The notes beneath the pieces were generated by a model. It was not told the origin of the DNA. It worked only from the letters and a program-made list of their open reading frames with translations, and did not search any database. From an uncultured Gammaproteobacteria bacterium (lineage in GTDB: Bacteria > Patescibacteriota > Patescibacteriia > UBA11705 > DATKZF01): a stretch of DNA of 64,000 nt. The stretch lies in NCBI GenBank assembly GCA_964411255.1, contig CAYPKD010000006.1, positions 3,097-67,096 of the forward strand. Direction: 5' to 3'. Positions 21,736 to 30,297 of this stretch are shown here, in pieces (position 1 is the stretch's first letter; each line of letters starts with the position of its first letter). Position numbers and translations under genes: made by a program.

Positions 21736-22041
21736 TTATTTTTCAAACAAATTTTTTATTATTGGTTCAAAATCTGGCAACTCTTTTTTCTTTACTTTTT
21801 GAAATCTTATCCAAACAATAATTAAAACAATTGTATTGGCCAATGGCACAAAAAGCAAAAATACCCACCACCATGGCCGGCCAATCACCTGGCACATTAA
21901 TAAAAAGTTGAAAAAAGGAATATAAGCATACCAAGCATTTTTCATTTTAAACTTAACTGCAATCTGATACAAAGCCAATGTTGTGTAAACATATGCCACA
22001 ACAATCGTAGCGCCATTTAAATAATACAAAAAAGTTTCCAT
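21736..22041 (-). CDS. DUF5684-like small membrane protein
   Basis: AWYAYIPFFN..GRPWWW..FVPLAN. Confidence 0.75.
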   Translation of the reverse strand: METFLYYLNGATIVVAYVYTTLALYQIAVKFKMKNAWYAYIPFFNFLLMCQVIGRPWWWVFLLFVPLANTIVLIIVWIRFQKVKKKELPDFEPIIKNLFEK

Positions 22042-22240
22042 ATTAATTTTATTATAACAAAAAATCTAAAAGCAGACGATATTTGTATTAATAAAAATTT
22101 GTTTTCGTAGCATCTGAGGTTGATTCGTATTTTTCGTAACCCTTGTTTATCCGTAATATCTGTAACTATCCGTAGATCCGTAATCTCAATTAAAAAACAG
22201 TACAAACTTGCTCCGTACTGTTTAAAATCTACTCAACCCC

Positions 22241-22789
22241 TTATTCTGCAGCCCATTCTTTTACCTGGCTGATAATTCCCAGCTGTTCGTGAATGTCACT
22301 CTTCAGCAACCGCATTGCCACAACGTGCGGCAGACTTTTAAGCACGCGGACATATTGCAGCAAAGGCTGGGCCATCTCCCGAGTCGAGCCTTCACGCAAC
22401 TCCTGATCCAGCTGGCGGATAGCATGAGCCTCGTCTTCCCACGCCAAAAAGTCGATCACTGCTGCCATAAAATCCTCCAGCGAAGCACGCCATTCGTCAA
22501 CAGTTTTGTCTGACTGAAATGAGACGTCATACTTATTGGGCATTGTCACTGTTCTCAAAATATCTGCCACGCTCCTTATGATTTGGGCCCTGGCCTTCAA
22601 CTGTGGCACAGAAAAATATTTTCCATGTGAATATGTTTCCCCAAGTCTACTACCCGCATAAAGATTGGTCACTTCTTGCAGCAGATCTACTCCGTCATAG
22701 AAGGAAATAATAAATATCGAAGTCTTGTTTTTCAAATAATCAATACGAAAGAACCATTTGCCTTGAAGCACTCTACTTGACTTTCCCAT
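22241..22789 (-). CDS. Hypothetical protein
   Basis: 182-aa ORF, SD AGGAGG, own promoter and terminator. Confidence 0.7.
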   Translation of the reverse strand: MGKSSRVLQGKWFFRIDYLKNKTSIFIISFYDGVDLLQEVTNLYAGSRLGETYSHGKYFSVPQLKARAQIIRSVADILRTVTMPNKYDVSFQSDKTVDEWRASLEDFMAAVIDFLAWEDEAHAIRQLDQELREGSTREMAQPLLQYVRVLKSLPHVVAMRLLKSDIHEQLGIISQVKEWAAE

Positions 22790-22986
22790 CTTTCTCCTCC
22801 TTCCTGCAGCGCTTTACGCTTACGGATTTTGAGGTTAGTAACCCAAAGATCTGGCTGCGCTCACCAATGAGCTGTGCGCTTATCTTTAGGTTTATATACT
22901 TTATGTTTATTTACCCCAACTGTCAACTTTCAACTTTAATCGAAATAAAAAAGCTGCAAACGAATAGTCGCCTGCAGCTTGCACAA

Positions 22987-24351
22987 CTAATATCCTCCTG
23001 TCAAATACCTAGACAACGACAAGCCCTGCTTAGCTGCCCACTGATTGATAATGGACTTTTCCTTTTGGGTAGCCAGCCGATTGCACTTGCCTCTGATCTG
23101 AACGATCTGGCGAGATCGGTTTCTGACCTCAATGGTCAGAATCTTTTTCTTACCTTCAAAGGTCTCGCAGGAAAGCGACCAGATCGAACATTGACCGGTA
23201 GAGCAAGAATGGTAATAAGAAGCCACGCAGTGCTTGAGCTCGCGTCCTTCTCTGCGAAGATCATTGTCAGTATTGAGCTCTTTGATCGTCCAGATGGTCA
23301 GGTTCTTGCCTTCTTTGCCAGTCATCATCTCAAACGGCCTGATGTCAGTCGTTTCCCAGAACTTGACTGGCCCGCTTTTCTTTTGCTTGCCCAATCGGGC
23401 ATGCCACTGCTCGACCTGACGAAGCAAAGCATCAGCATTGCGGCCGCGCATGGTAAAGTTCGGTCTGGGCGGACCTTGGTTTTCCAGCCTGCCCTGAGCG
23501 ACAAACACTCGCGCAACCTGATACTTCTGATGCTTGATGAAATCAATGATCGGCTTGACATGAACCAAATCCAGCATCGGATTGTCTACAAAGAATTTGA
23601 ACACTGACAACCAGAACTTCTGCCTGGAAGGAATCATGTCCACTTCTGCATTGATTATCGCTCTGGCCAGAAAAGGAGTTCCGCCAAATGAAAGCACTTG
23701 GCCCCATCTGATCGCCTCTTCAGGCGTCACATTTGATGGTGCATCCAGAAAATAGTGGGCCTGCTTTTTGGTCAACGGAAAGGGCAAATCATCAGCAGTC
23801 CGAATGTTTTTTCCCTGGCCGATATGGATAAACCACTTCCTGTGCTTTTCAGCTTCCCGGCCTTCTTCCAACCAACATCTATCCAAAAAACTGGGCACAG
23901 AATATTGGGCAAAAACATACCGGACAAGCGAGCTAAGCTGGCGGTCAGCATTGTGGAATTTAGGCCTCCAGTGTGCTGGCGGCCGAATCCACAGCAGCTG
24001 ATAATTCAAAAATCTTTTTAATGCCCTTGCGTCAATCTTAGTCTTTCGATAAATCTCGTTCAAGCCACTATGGCCGATCGAGGCTCGTTGACGGCTTCTC
24101 TTCTCCCTCTTTGATTTGGCTTTGGATTCTACCAAAATGGCAGCAGCCCTTTGCCTTTGTAATAATTTTTTTTCTCTTCGAAGATGAGCTTTCTTTTTCT
24201 CTAAAGTCGGTTTAAAACCATGTGTCCGGCACCATTGCTTGTACTCGCCCTCATCACTACATCCCAGCTCTCGAAAATGGTGCCTTACATTTTCCTCTTT
24301 GACAACCTCTCCTCTCAGTAACCCTCTTTTCTTTCCTTTTCTCGTACCCAT
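22987..24351 (-). CDS. PcfJ domain-containing protein
   Basis: QVEQWH, DLRREGRELKHCVASY, SIWSL, LTIEVR, IVQIRGKCNR; visibly GC-richer than flanks. Confidence 0.85.
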   Translation of the reverse strand: MGTRKGKKRGLLRGEVVKEENVRHHFRELGCSDEGEYKQWCRTHGFKPTLEKKKAHLRREKKLLQRQRAAAILVESKAKSKREKRSRQRASIGHSGLNEIYRKTKIDARALKRFLNYQLLWIRPPAHWRPKFHNADRQLSSLVRYVFAQYSVPSFLDRCWLEEGREAEKHRKWFIHIGQGKNIRTADDLPFPLTKKQAHYFLDAPSNVTPEEAIRWGQVLSFGGTPFLARAIINAEVDMIPSRQKFWLSVFKFFVDNPMLDLVHVKPIIDFIKHQKYQVARVFVAQGRLENQGPPRPNFTMRGRNADALLRQVEQWHARLGKQKKSGPVKFWETTDIRPFEMMTGKEGKNLTIWTIKELNTDNDLRREGRELKHCVASYYHSCSTGQCSIWSLSCETFEGKKKILTIEVRNRSRQIVQIRGKCNRLATQKEKSIINQWAAKQGLSLSRYLTGGY

Positions 24352-24549
24352 TTTAATCTTCCTATTTTAAGTGTTTTAAAATTGTAAAGTGCTCAAAATA
24401 ATATAGCATATTTTTAAAATAAAGTCAACAATAACACTAAAAATAAACCAAAATATAACAAATTTTCCTGAGGTTACAATTTTTAAAAAAATAAAACCAG
24501 CAAGGCAATTTCCTCACTGGGCAAAAGAAGTATAGGTTTAGAACCTCAA

Positions 24550-24816
24550 TCAGTCGGTCCAATCATGTGATGGATTATGCCATTGTCCTTGATCAGGATT
24601 TGGCATTGAAACCACCTTATGATTGTCATCCACTGAAAGCTGTACCTTACCTGTAATGGGGTCACATGTGGTTTCGAAATGATTTGTCCAAACCGGCATC
24701 TGATCACACTGTTCACACCTATAATCATCATTTTCAGGATGAGAGCATTCATTGCCCCAAACCGTATAATAATGACCATTAGTGCAAATACACTGCTCAA
24801 TAAATGAATATCCCAT
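24550..24816 (-). CDS. Small Cys/His-rich hypothetical protein
   Basis: SD AAGGAG, ICTNGHY..C..CEQC; upstream promoter. Confidence 0.6.
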   Translation of the reverse strand: MGYSFIEQCICTNGHYYTVWGNECSHPENDDYRCEQCDQMPVWTNHFETTCDPITGKVQLSVDDNHKVVSMPNPDQGQWHNPSHDWTD

Positions 24817-24984
24817 TTGAATCTCCTTTTTTAATATAATTAATTTGATATTATCTCAATTTTATATATTAACATAAAAAATAAGATTTGTCAAGCCCTA
24901 TGCCAATTATTAAAAAAAAATATTTGCTTTTATCAGCTATAATTTCAGTATAAAAAAGCTGCAAACGAATTATCGCTAACAGCT

Positions 24985-25605
24985 TTATGGAAACGAACCA
25001 TATCCGATGACACTTTGTTTAAAAGCCATTCTTCTCTTTTTAATCACCAAAAGACCAACCAACGCATGGCCTATTAAGCCACCACCTGGAATCAGATAAG
25101 CCATCCACTCTTTTCCAATCAAAACAATATTAATCAGGGTTATCGAAAATGCAATTGTCCAAACAGTCCAGGGGAGCGACCTTTCTTTTCGCGGATCATT
25201 AAAAACACCGGTTAAAGTCGGAACAAATGAAAAAACGAATGCTACAACCACGACCATATTGGCATAAGTTGCGCTTCTAAAAATTATCCAGACTAATATG
25301 GCTATCAGACAAATTGCTGCAATTGCCCATTCAATATTGCTTGGGCAGTCAAATCTTTTTTTAATCAAACAAATCACAAAAGTGATTATACATGCTACTG
25401 ACCCAGCAAAAAACTGCAAAGCAGCGACCCAATTATCAATCATTGCTCCGTAAGAAAAGACGTTAACTATTGCCAACAAGGACCAGATGCTCCAACTAAT
25501 TGCATTTGGCTTTGATTTACCATTGATAATCTGAACATTATATAAAATAGCAGCGATTAAATATAAAAACGCCGCAGCAATTGGTAATATACTTGTAAGA
25601 GCCAC
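24985..25605 (-). CDS. Multi-pass membrane protein
   Basis: GTG start after AGGAGG; about 7 hydrophobic helices; KPNAISWSIW, PTL..DPRKE. Confidence 0.75.
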   Translation of the reverse strand: MALTSILPIAAAFLYLIAAILYNVQIINGKSKPNAISWSIWSLLAIVNVFSYGAMIDNWVAALQFFAGSVACIITFVICLIKKRFDCPSNIEWAIAAICLIAILVWIIFRSATYANMVVVVAFVFSFVPTLTGVFNDPRKERSLPWTVWTIAFSITLINIVLIGKEWMAYLIPGGGLIGHALVGLLVIKKRRMAFKQSVIGYGSFP

Positions 25606-25859
25606 CTTGTCCTCCTGTTTTCAATGTTCAGGTTATATTATCTCTTGCTGATAATTTTGTCAATAAAAAAAAGTGCTACTAATCTACAAATAGAATAACG
25701 AAAACTACGAAAATTATTTAAATAAATACAAATAAGCTAATAATACTCATAAATAATTTGTAGTATAAAAGCTAGTTTTCGTAGAATTTATAGATGATTT
25801 GTAGTTCGTAGACCAAAAAAGCTGCAAACAATTGATGTCTGCAGCTTTAGTTTGTGAAA

Positions 25860-26672
25860 TCAGTTCAGTCTGATGTCCGGCTCACATCCTGTTCGAAGCA
25901 GCTCTCCCTTACGGTAGAGCAATGTATGTGGCGGATAGTGAGGAGAATTCCAGACTTCCCAGCATCCAACCGACCGGCCATTTTCATAATAGCCCCGAGC
26001 GATTAGCTGTCCGTCCCGGTTATGCTTTTCAACATAACCGTCACCATTACTGGTGACAAAAGTGATTTCCGAGAAAGAGTTGAATGCTCGGACCAATCGT
26101 CCATAGTCGTACTCGCTCTCACTGCGAATACTTCCATCTTTGAAAAACGACACATGTTCGCCATGCAATGTTCCAGCATAGAAACGAGCGACCTCCTGAA
26201 TAAGACCATTCTCGTAATACCAGACGGCCAGGCCATCGTCGATGCCACGAGTGAAATCCTTCGTATACTCAAGATGTCCACTCGGGAAATATCCATACTG
26301 GGTACCGTCTTTCTCACCGAATGAGTTGTAATTACGAATTTCAATCCTTCCATCTTCAAGGAAAAATGTCCATTCGCCTACTCGCGTACCATTGGCATAC
26401 TGCCCTTCATAAGACAATTTGCCATCCTCCCAGCTTTTGACAGGACCTTGTTCCTGCCTATAACCATCAATACAGTACTGGGATCTATGCTCTGTCTCCC
26501 ACTCGAAATCCCCTTTTGGGACTCGATACTCTTCGAGCACCGTCCCTTCCGGACATTTCTCCTGAAGCCAGGAAACCGGATTTGCAGTGTATTCACCCTT
26601 CTGGGGGGTTGGCGCGCCCAGACAGCCGGAAATGACCATTGCCAAAAATACGAACAAAACCTGCTCTTTCAT
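25860..26672 (-). CDS. Lipoprotein with MORN-variant repeats (YwqK antitoxin-like)
   Basis: Lipobox ISGC; repeated G..YY.NG / EG.Y.NG..VG.W motifs. Confidence 0.8.
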   Translation of the reverse strand: MKEQVLFVFLAMVISGCLGAPTPQKGEYTANPVSWLQEKCPEGTVLEEYRVPKGDFEWETEHRSQYCIDGYRQEQGPVKSWEDGKLSYEGQYANGTRVGEWTFFLEDGRIEIRNYNSFGEKDGTQYGYFPSGHLEYTKDFTRGIDDGLAVWYYENGLIQEVARFYAGTLHGEHVSFFKDGSIRSESEYDYGRLVRAFNSFSEITFVTSNGDGYVEKHNRDGQLIARGYYENGRSVGCWEVWNSPHYPPHTLLYRKGELLRTGCEPDIRLN

Positions 26673-26853
26673 GCTCTTTTCTCCTAATGCCTCTGCGTTT
26701 CAAGCAGATGGCTACGTAAAACAATTTGTAGGATCAATACACTATTATATCACATATCAGGTTAAATGTCAATATCATAAAGCTAAAATTAGCTAAATTT
26801 AGTATTATTTTATAATGAAAAAGCTGCAGATATGTATATCTACAGCTTCAAAA

Positions 26854-26938
26854 CGGAAAGGGTAGGATTCGAACCTACGGTTCCGTTAGGAACAACAGCT
26901 TAGCAAGCTGCCGCCTTCAGCCACTCGGCCACCTTTCC
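26854..26938 (-). tRNA. tRNA-Ser(GCT)
   Basis: GGAAAGG acceptor, anticodon loop TT-GCT-AA, long variable arm, GGTTCGAATCC. Confidence 0.95.
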
Positions 26939-26940
26939 AA

Positions 26941-27023
26941 TGCTCGAGGAGGGACTCGAACCCTCACGGACATAATCCACAGGAACCTAAATCCTGCGCG
27001 TCTGCCATTTTCGCCACCCGAGC
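26941..27023 (-). tRNA. tRNA-Leu(TAG)
   Basis: GCTCGGG acceptor, CAGGA-TTTAGGT-TCCTG anticodon arm, variable arm, GGTTCGAGTCC. Confidence 0.95.
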
Positions 27024-27062
27024 AAACTAAGAGCTGAATTTATTTAAATCCAGCTCTAGAGC

Positions 27063-27092
27063 CTGTCAGCCGAAGCCTCGGCGAAGGCTGAC
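27063..27092. repeat. Short palindromic intergenic element
   Basis: GTCAGCC-GAAGCCTCGGCGAA-GGCTGAC hairpin immediately 3' of tRNA-Ser(TGA). Confidence 0.6.
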
Positions 27093-27176
27093 GGAGGGAG
27101 AGGGATTCGAACCCCCGGACGCTCTCACATCGGCGGTTTTCAAGACCGCTGCCATAAACCACTCGGCCATCCCTCC
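27092..27176 (-). tRNA. tRNA-Ser(TGA)
   Basis: GGAGGGA acceptor, GCGGT-CTTGAAA-ACCGC anticodon arm, variable arm. Confidence 0.95.
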
Positions 27177-27181
27177 AACCT

Positions 27182-27221
27182 GCTATCCGAAGCCCTGAGC
27201 TTATCGAAGGGCGTAGGATAG
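27182..27221. repeat. Short palindromic intergenic element
   Basis: CTATCC..GCCCTGAGCTTATCGAAGGGC..GGATAG hairpin between tRNAs; core related to CCTGAGCGTAGTCGAAGG at about 46477. Confidence 0.6.
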
Positions 27222-27293
27222 TGCGCCTTACTGGGTTTGAACCAGTGACCCCTTGCTTGTAAGGCAAGTGCTCTCCGACTGAGCTAAAGGCGC
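27222..27293 (-). tRNA. tRNA-Val(TAC)
   Basis: GCGCCTT/AAGGCGC acceptor, CTTGC-CTTACAA-GCAAG. Confidence 0.95.
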
Positions 27294-27297
27294 AAAG

Positions 27298-27370
27298 CTG
27301 GGGCACTAGGATTCGAACCTAGATTAGCGGGACCAAAACCCGCCGTCCTCTCCAGTTGAACGATGCCCCA
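27298..27370 (-). tRNA. tRNA-Gln(TTG)
   Basis: TGGGGCA acceptor, GCGGG-TTTTGGT-CCCGC. Confidence 0.93.
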
Positions 27371-27377
27371 GAAACAG

Positions 27378-27450
27378 CTCCGCGGATCGGACTTGAACCG
27401 ATAACCACCGGATTAACAGTCCGGCGCTCTACCAATTGAGCTACCGCGGA
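27378..27450 (-). tRNA. tRNA-Asn(GTT)
   Basis: TCCGCGG acceptor, CCGGA-CTGTTAA-TCCGG. Confidence 0.95.
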
Positions 27451-27487
27451 AAATACTACTATAAGCAACTCATTTAGGTAAAGAAAG

Positions 27488-27561
27488 TCGGGGCGATCGG
27501 ATTTGAACCGACGACCCCCTGCTCCCAAGGCAGGTGCGCTACCACACTGCGCTACGCCCCG
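27488..27561 (-). tRNA. tRNA-Pro(TGG)
   Basis: CGGGGCG acceptor, CCTGC-CTTGGGA-GCAGG. Confidence 0.95.
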
Positions 27562-27563
27562 AG

Positions 27564-27638
27564 TGTCCCCGACGGGATTCGAACCCGCGCACTAGGATTG
27601 AAAGTCCTAGATCCTAGACCTGACTAGACGACGGGGAC
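27564..27638 (-). tRNA. tRNA-Glu(TTC)
   Basis: GTCCCCG acceptor, TAGGA-CTTTCAA-TCCTA. Confidence 0.93.
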
Positions 27639-27658
27639 AACCTAAAAGCAAAAAGCGA

Positions 27659-27826
27659 GATGACTGGGATGGACTTCGGCCGAATTCTATCTGCGGAGTT
27701 TGGATACCGCTGTACGCGTTTTTCAACGCTAGGCTCAACGCCCAAGGATCATGCCGGGGGCTTACGTAATCCCCACGGGTTTCCCGTACAATGGACAGAT
27801 CTCAGGGGGCTGCCATCCCAGTCATC
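27659..27826 (-). ncRNA. Unidentified 168-nt structured RNA inside the tRNA operon (6S-like or novel)
   Basis: Perfect 14-bp terminal stem GATGACTGGGATGG/CCATCCCAGTCATC, several internal hairpins, GC-rich, begins 2 nt after tRNA-Thr. Confidence 0.65.
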
Positions 27827-27828
27827 AA

Positions 27829-27901
27829 AGCCAACAAGGGGACTCGAACCCCTAACCTGCTGATTACAAATCAGCTGCTCTGCCATTTAAGCTATGTTGG
27901 C
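27829..27901 (-). tRNA. tRNA-Thr(TGT)
   Basis: GCCAACA acceptor, GCTGA-TTTGTAA-TCAGC. Confidence 0.95.
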
Positions 27902-27908
27902 TTTTAAA

Positions 27909-27970
27909 TGTGCCTTACACATCTACTGCCTGCCCTCCGTAGCATTAGCGAATCAGGGAGCTAAAGGCGC
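27909..27970 (-). pseudogene. Degenerate tRNA-Val-like relic interrupted by a palindromic element
   Basis: 5' GCGCCTTTAGCTC identical to tRNA-Val(TAC); 3' GTAAGGCACA versus GTAAGGCGCA; anticodon and T arms missing. Confidence 0.6.
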
Positions 27971-27994
27971 GTTTAAAAAGAACAAAAATCAATG

Positions 27995-28066
27995 TGGGCC
28001 CAATCGGATTTGAACCGATGACCGACCGGTTATGAGCCGGTGGCTCTACCGCTGAGCTATAGGCCC
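27995..28066 (-). tRNA. tRNA with CAT anticodon (probably Ile2, otherwise elongator Met)
   Basis: GGGCCTA acceptor, ACCGG-CTCATAA-CCGGT; no initiator C1:A72 mismatch or three G:C anticodon-stem pairs. Confidence 0.9.
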
Positions 28067-28087
28067 TATTGATGAAAAAGTCTTATT

Positions 28088-28116
28088 ATTATATCAAACA
28101 TTTATTGATTTGTCAA
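28088..28116 (-). promoter_or_regulatory. Sigma-70 promoter of the tRNA array
   Basis: TTGACA-17 nt-TATAAT, perfect consensus, -10 box ends 22 nt upstream of the first tRNA. Confidence 0.9.
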
Positions 28117-28169
28117 GCTTAAAATCAAAAAATCAGCCTAAATTTAGCTGATTTTTTACATATTCATCA

Positions 28170-28649
28170 TTATTGTTTATTTAAAAAATCCTCACCATAA
28201 ATTTCAGCAGCCTCTTCATCTGATAAACGATTAAATAGCTCTTCTCCCCCCTCTGTCTTTTGAAAAACGATATTTTTTATCTGGCCTCGAATATTTGGAT
28301 CAACAACGACCTGATTTTCAATGTCAATTAGTAATGTTGCTTCAGGCACTTCCATATTTTGCTCTTCTCTGGTTTTTACATTTTTAATATATGTATCATA
28401 ATTTGGATGCTTTTTTGAAGGAATCGGATGAATTGCTACCCATCGGTCATCATTTGGAAAATATTGAGCTGGATCTTTAAAATCACAATCGACCCAGTCA
28501 TTTTCCCCTGTCTCTGGACTGCCAAATACTACAAATTCCTGAATCAAATAGCAAGATGATATTTCTTTTTCTGACCTATCTTTTAGATTATTTCCTGTAC
28601 ATCCAGATAATATTATTAAAATAAATAGCAGTAAAAAAATTTTCTTCAT
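28170..28649 (-). CDS. Hypothetical lipoprotein
   Basis: MKK-hydrophobic-LSGC lipobox. Confidence 0.75.
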   Translation of the reverse strand: MKKIFLLLFILIILSGCTGNNLKDRSEKEISSCYLIQEFVVFGSPETGENDWVDCDFKDPAQYFPNDDRWVAIHPIPSKKHPNYDTYIKNVKTREEQNMEVPEATLLIDIENQVVVDPNIRGQIKNIVFQKTEGGEELFNRLSDEEAAEIYGEDFLNKQ

Positions 28650-28650
28650 A

Positions 28651-29520
28651 TTATTCTTTATTTAGTATTGTTGTTAAATAAGTTTTAGCAATTTCATTAT
28701 TTAGTGCCACCTGCTTAATTGCGCTTATTAATTTTGGGTTTAAACTCCGATCTTCAATTACTTCTTTAATTTCTTCTGCCATTGCCTCAGCTTCCAAATC
28801 AGTTTTTGCTTTGGCTGCTACTCTGACATCGGTTTTTGCCAGACTGTCACATAAAAATAAAATGCCAACTTCAATTTTATAATCTGGAAACTTATCTCCA
28901 ATTTCCCTGCTGGCCTTTTTACATCCTTCGCTTTTGGCAAAAGCAATGGTAAAGCCTTCTGGAGTTTTCTTTGCCACGCTTCTCACCTTTCCCAACTCAT
29001 AATGAAGACCAGCACATCTGGCAATATATTCAATTTGCGCATCGGTTAATTTATATTCGTCTTTTAATACTTCCTGTACTTTGTCGTTTTCTTTTATAAA
29101 TTTTTCTGATCTTTTTTCATGTCCTTTATAATCAGGTTCTAATTTCCCATTTTTTTCTTCAAAATCTCTTTCAAATTTTCCCAAATCATGCAGCACAATA
29201 GCAATCCGAAGCAAATCTTCTTTTGTCATTCCATCAATTTGCTCTGACATTTTTTCTTTAATTTCTTTATCAATGCCCCACTGCGTAAAATAATCCTGAG
29301 CCTGGGTGTTGAAATATTCTAAAAACTTTGCTGTATGTGTGATAATGCCAAACTGATGCCATTTATGATGATGTTCAAACGGATCATCTGGATTTTTCCG
29401 AAAATTTCTATTTTCAGGAATATTTTCAATAAAAAGTTTGCCCAGCTGAGGGAGTTGTTTTAGGAGCTTTTGATCTAAAGTCAGTTCAGCTTCTTGTTCA
29501 AATGTTTGTTTTGGTTCCAT
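28651..29520 (-). CDS. HD domain protein
   Basis: WHQFGIITHT, LHDLGK, GHEKRS, LH, CDSLAK. Confidence 0.8.
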   Translation of the reverse strand: MEPKQTFEQEAELTLDQKLLKQLPQLGKLFIENIPENRNFRKNPDDPFEHHHKWHQFGIITHTAKFLEYFNTQAQDYFTQWGIDKEIKEKMSEQIDGMTKEDLLRIAIVLHDLGKFERDFEEKNGKLEPDYKGHEKRSEKFIKENDKVQEVLKDEYKLTDAQIEYIARCAGLHYELGKVRSVAKKTPEGFTIAFAKSEGCKKASREIGDKFPDYKIEVGILFLCDSLAKTDVRVAAKAKTDLEAEAMAEEIKEVIEDRSLNPKLISAIKQVALNNEIAKTYLTTILNKE

Positions 29521-29594
29521 ATTATGTAATTATTAATATTATTTTATCAAATTTTTTAAGCATTATCAATTTAAAAAGCAGCTTGTGAAGCTAC

Positions 29595-30164
29595 TTAGCA
29601 AAACATCCATCCTTGTTGGATTAGTTTATTAAAAAAACCATGTGCTATTAAAGTGTCTTTATGCCGAGTGTACATAAACATAATGGTAATTTTATTATCT
29701 GACAAATCTTTCATTACCTTAAGCGGTGGTCCATGATCTTCTGCCATTAAAGCCACTTCTGCATTTGTACTGGTTAAAATAACTTCTGTTGCCCTATCTT
29801 GAATTGTTCTAAATATTCCCTTTGGCATTGACTTGGATAAATATTCAAATCTGATTACCCTTTTGGATAATTCTTGAAATATAATTCCTAAAATTTGCAT
29901 TTTTGTATCTGTTGGCAATACATCACTTCTAAAACCTTGTACAATACTGACGACAGATAATGGTGGGATAAGTAGAGTATAAGCCGCGTCTTTACCTGAA
30001 ACAGTAAAGTGAACTTCTTCCTCTGTATCAGCAGATAAAAAAGTTATTGGTAAAGGCATACTGGACATAGCAACATGCCTGCAAAAAATATTCCAGAGCA
30101 TTTTCATTTTTTTTCTAATACTTTTTGTGTCATGGATATTATTTGAAAGAGCGATTTTGATCAT
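29595..30164 (-). CDS. Hypothetical protein (distant paralogue of 30298..30831)
   Basis: Start MIKIALSNN at 30164 after SD AAGGAGGG. Confidence 0.7.
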   Translation of the reverse strand: MIKIALSNNIHDTKSIRKKMKMLWNIFCRHVAMSSMPLPITFLSADTEEEVHFTVSGKDAAYTLLIPPLSVVSIVQGFRSDVLPTDTKMQILGIIFQELSKRVIRFEYLSKSMPKGIFRTIQDRATEVILTSTNAEVALMAEDHGPPLKVMKDLSDNKITIMFMYTRHKDTLIAHGFFNKLIQQGWMFC

Positions 30165-30297
30165 CTGTTCCCTCCTTGTTTCAATTGTAATGTGTTTATA
30201 ATAAATAAATTCTTGTAAAAAAGCAAATATTTCAAATCCCAATTTCAAGTTTTGAATTTCAAATTTAAAAAAGCAGTATATTAACTGCTTATAAAAT

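Noticed and set aside
22777-23607. 276-aa plus-strand ORF
   Set aside because: Antisense shadow of the PcfJ gene; no SD or motif
27040-27863. ORFs 27040..27306, 27319..27528 and 27660..27863
   Set aside because: They overlap tRNA genes or the structured RNA and are chance frames in GC-rich sequence
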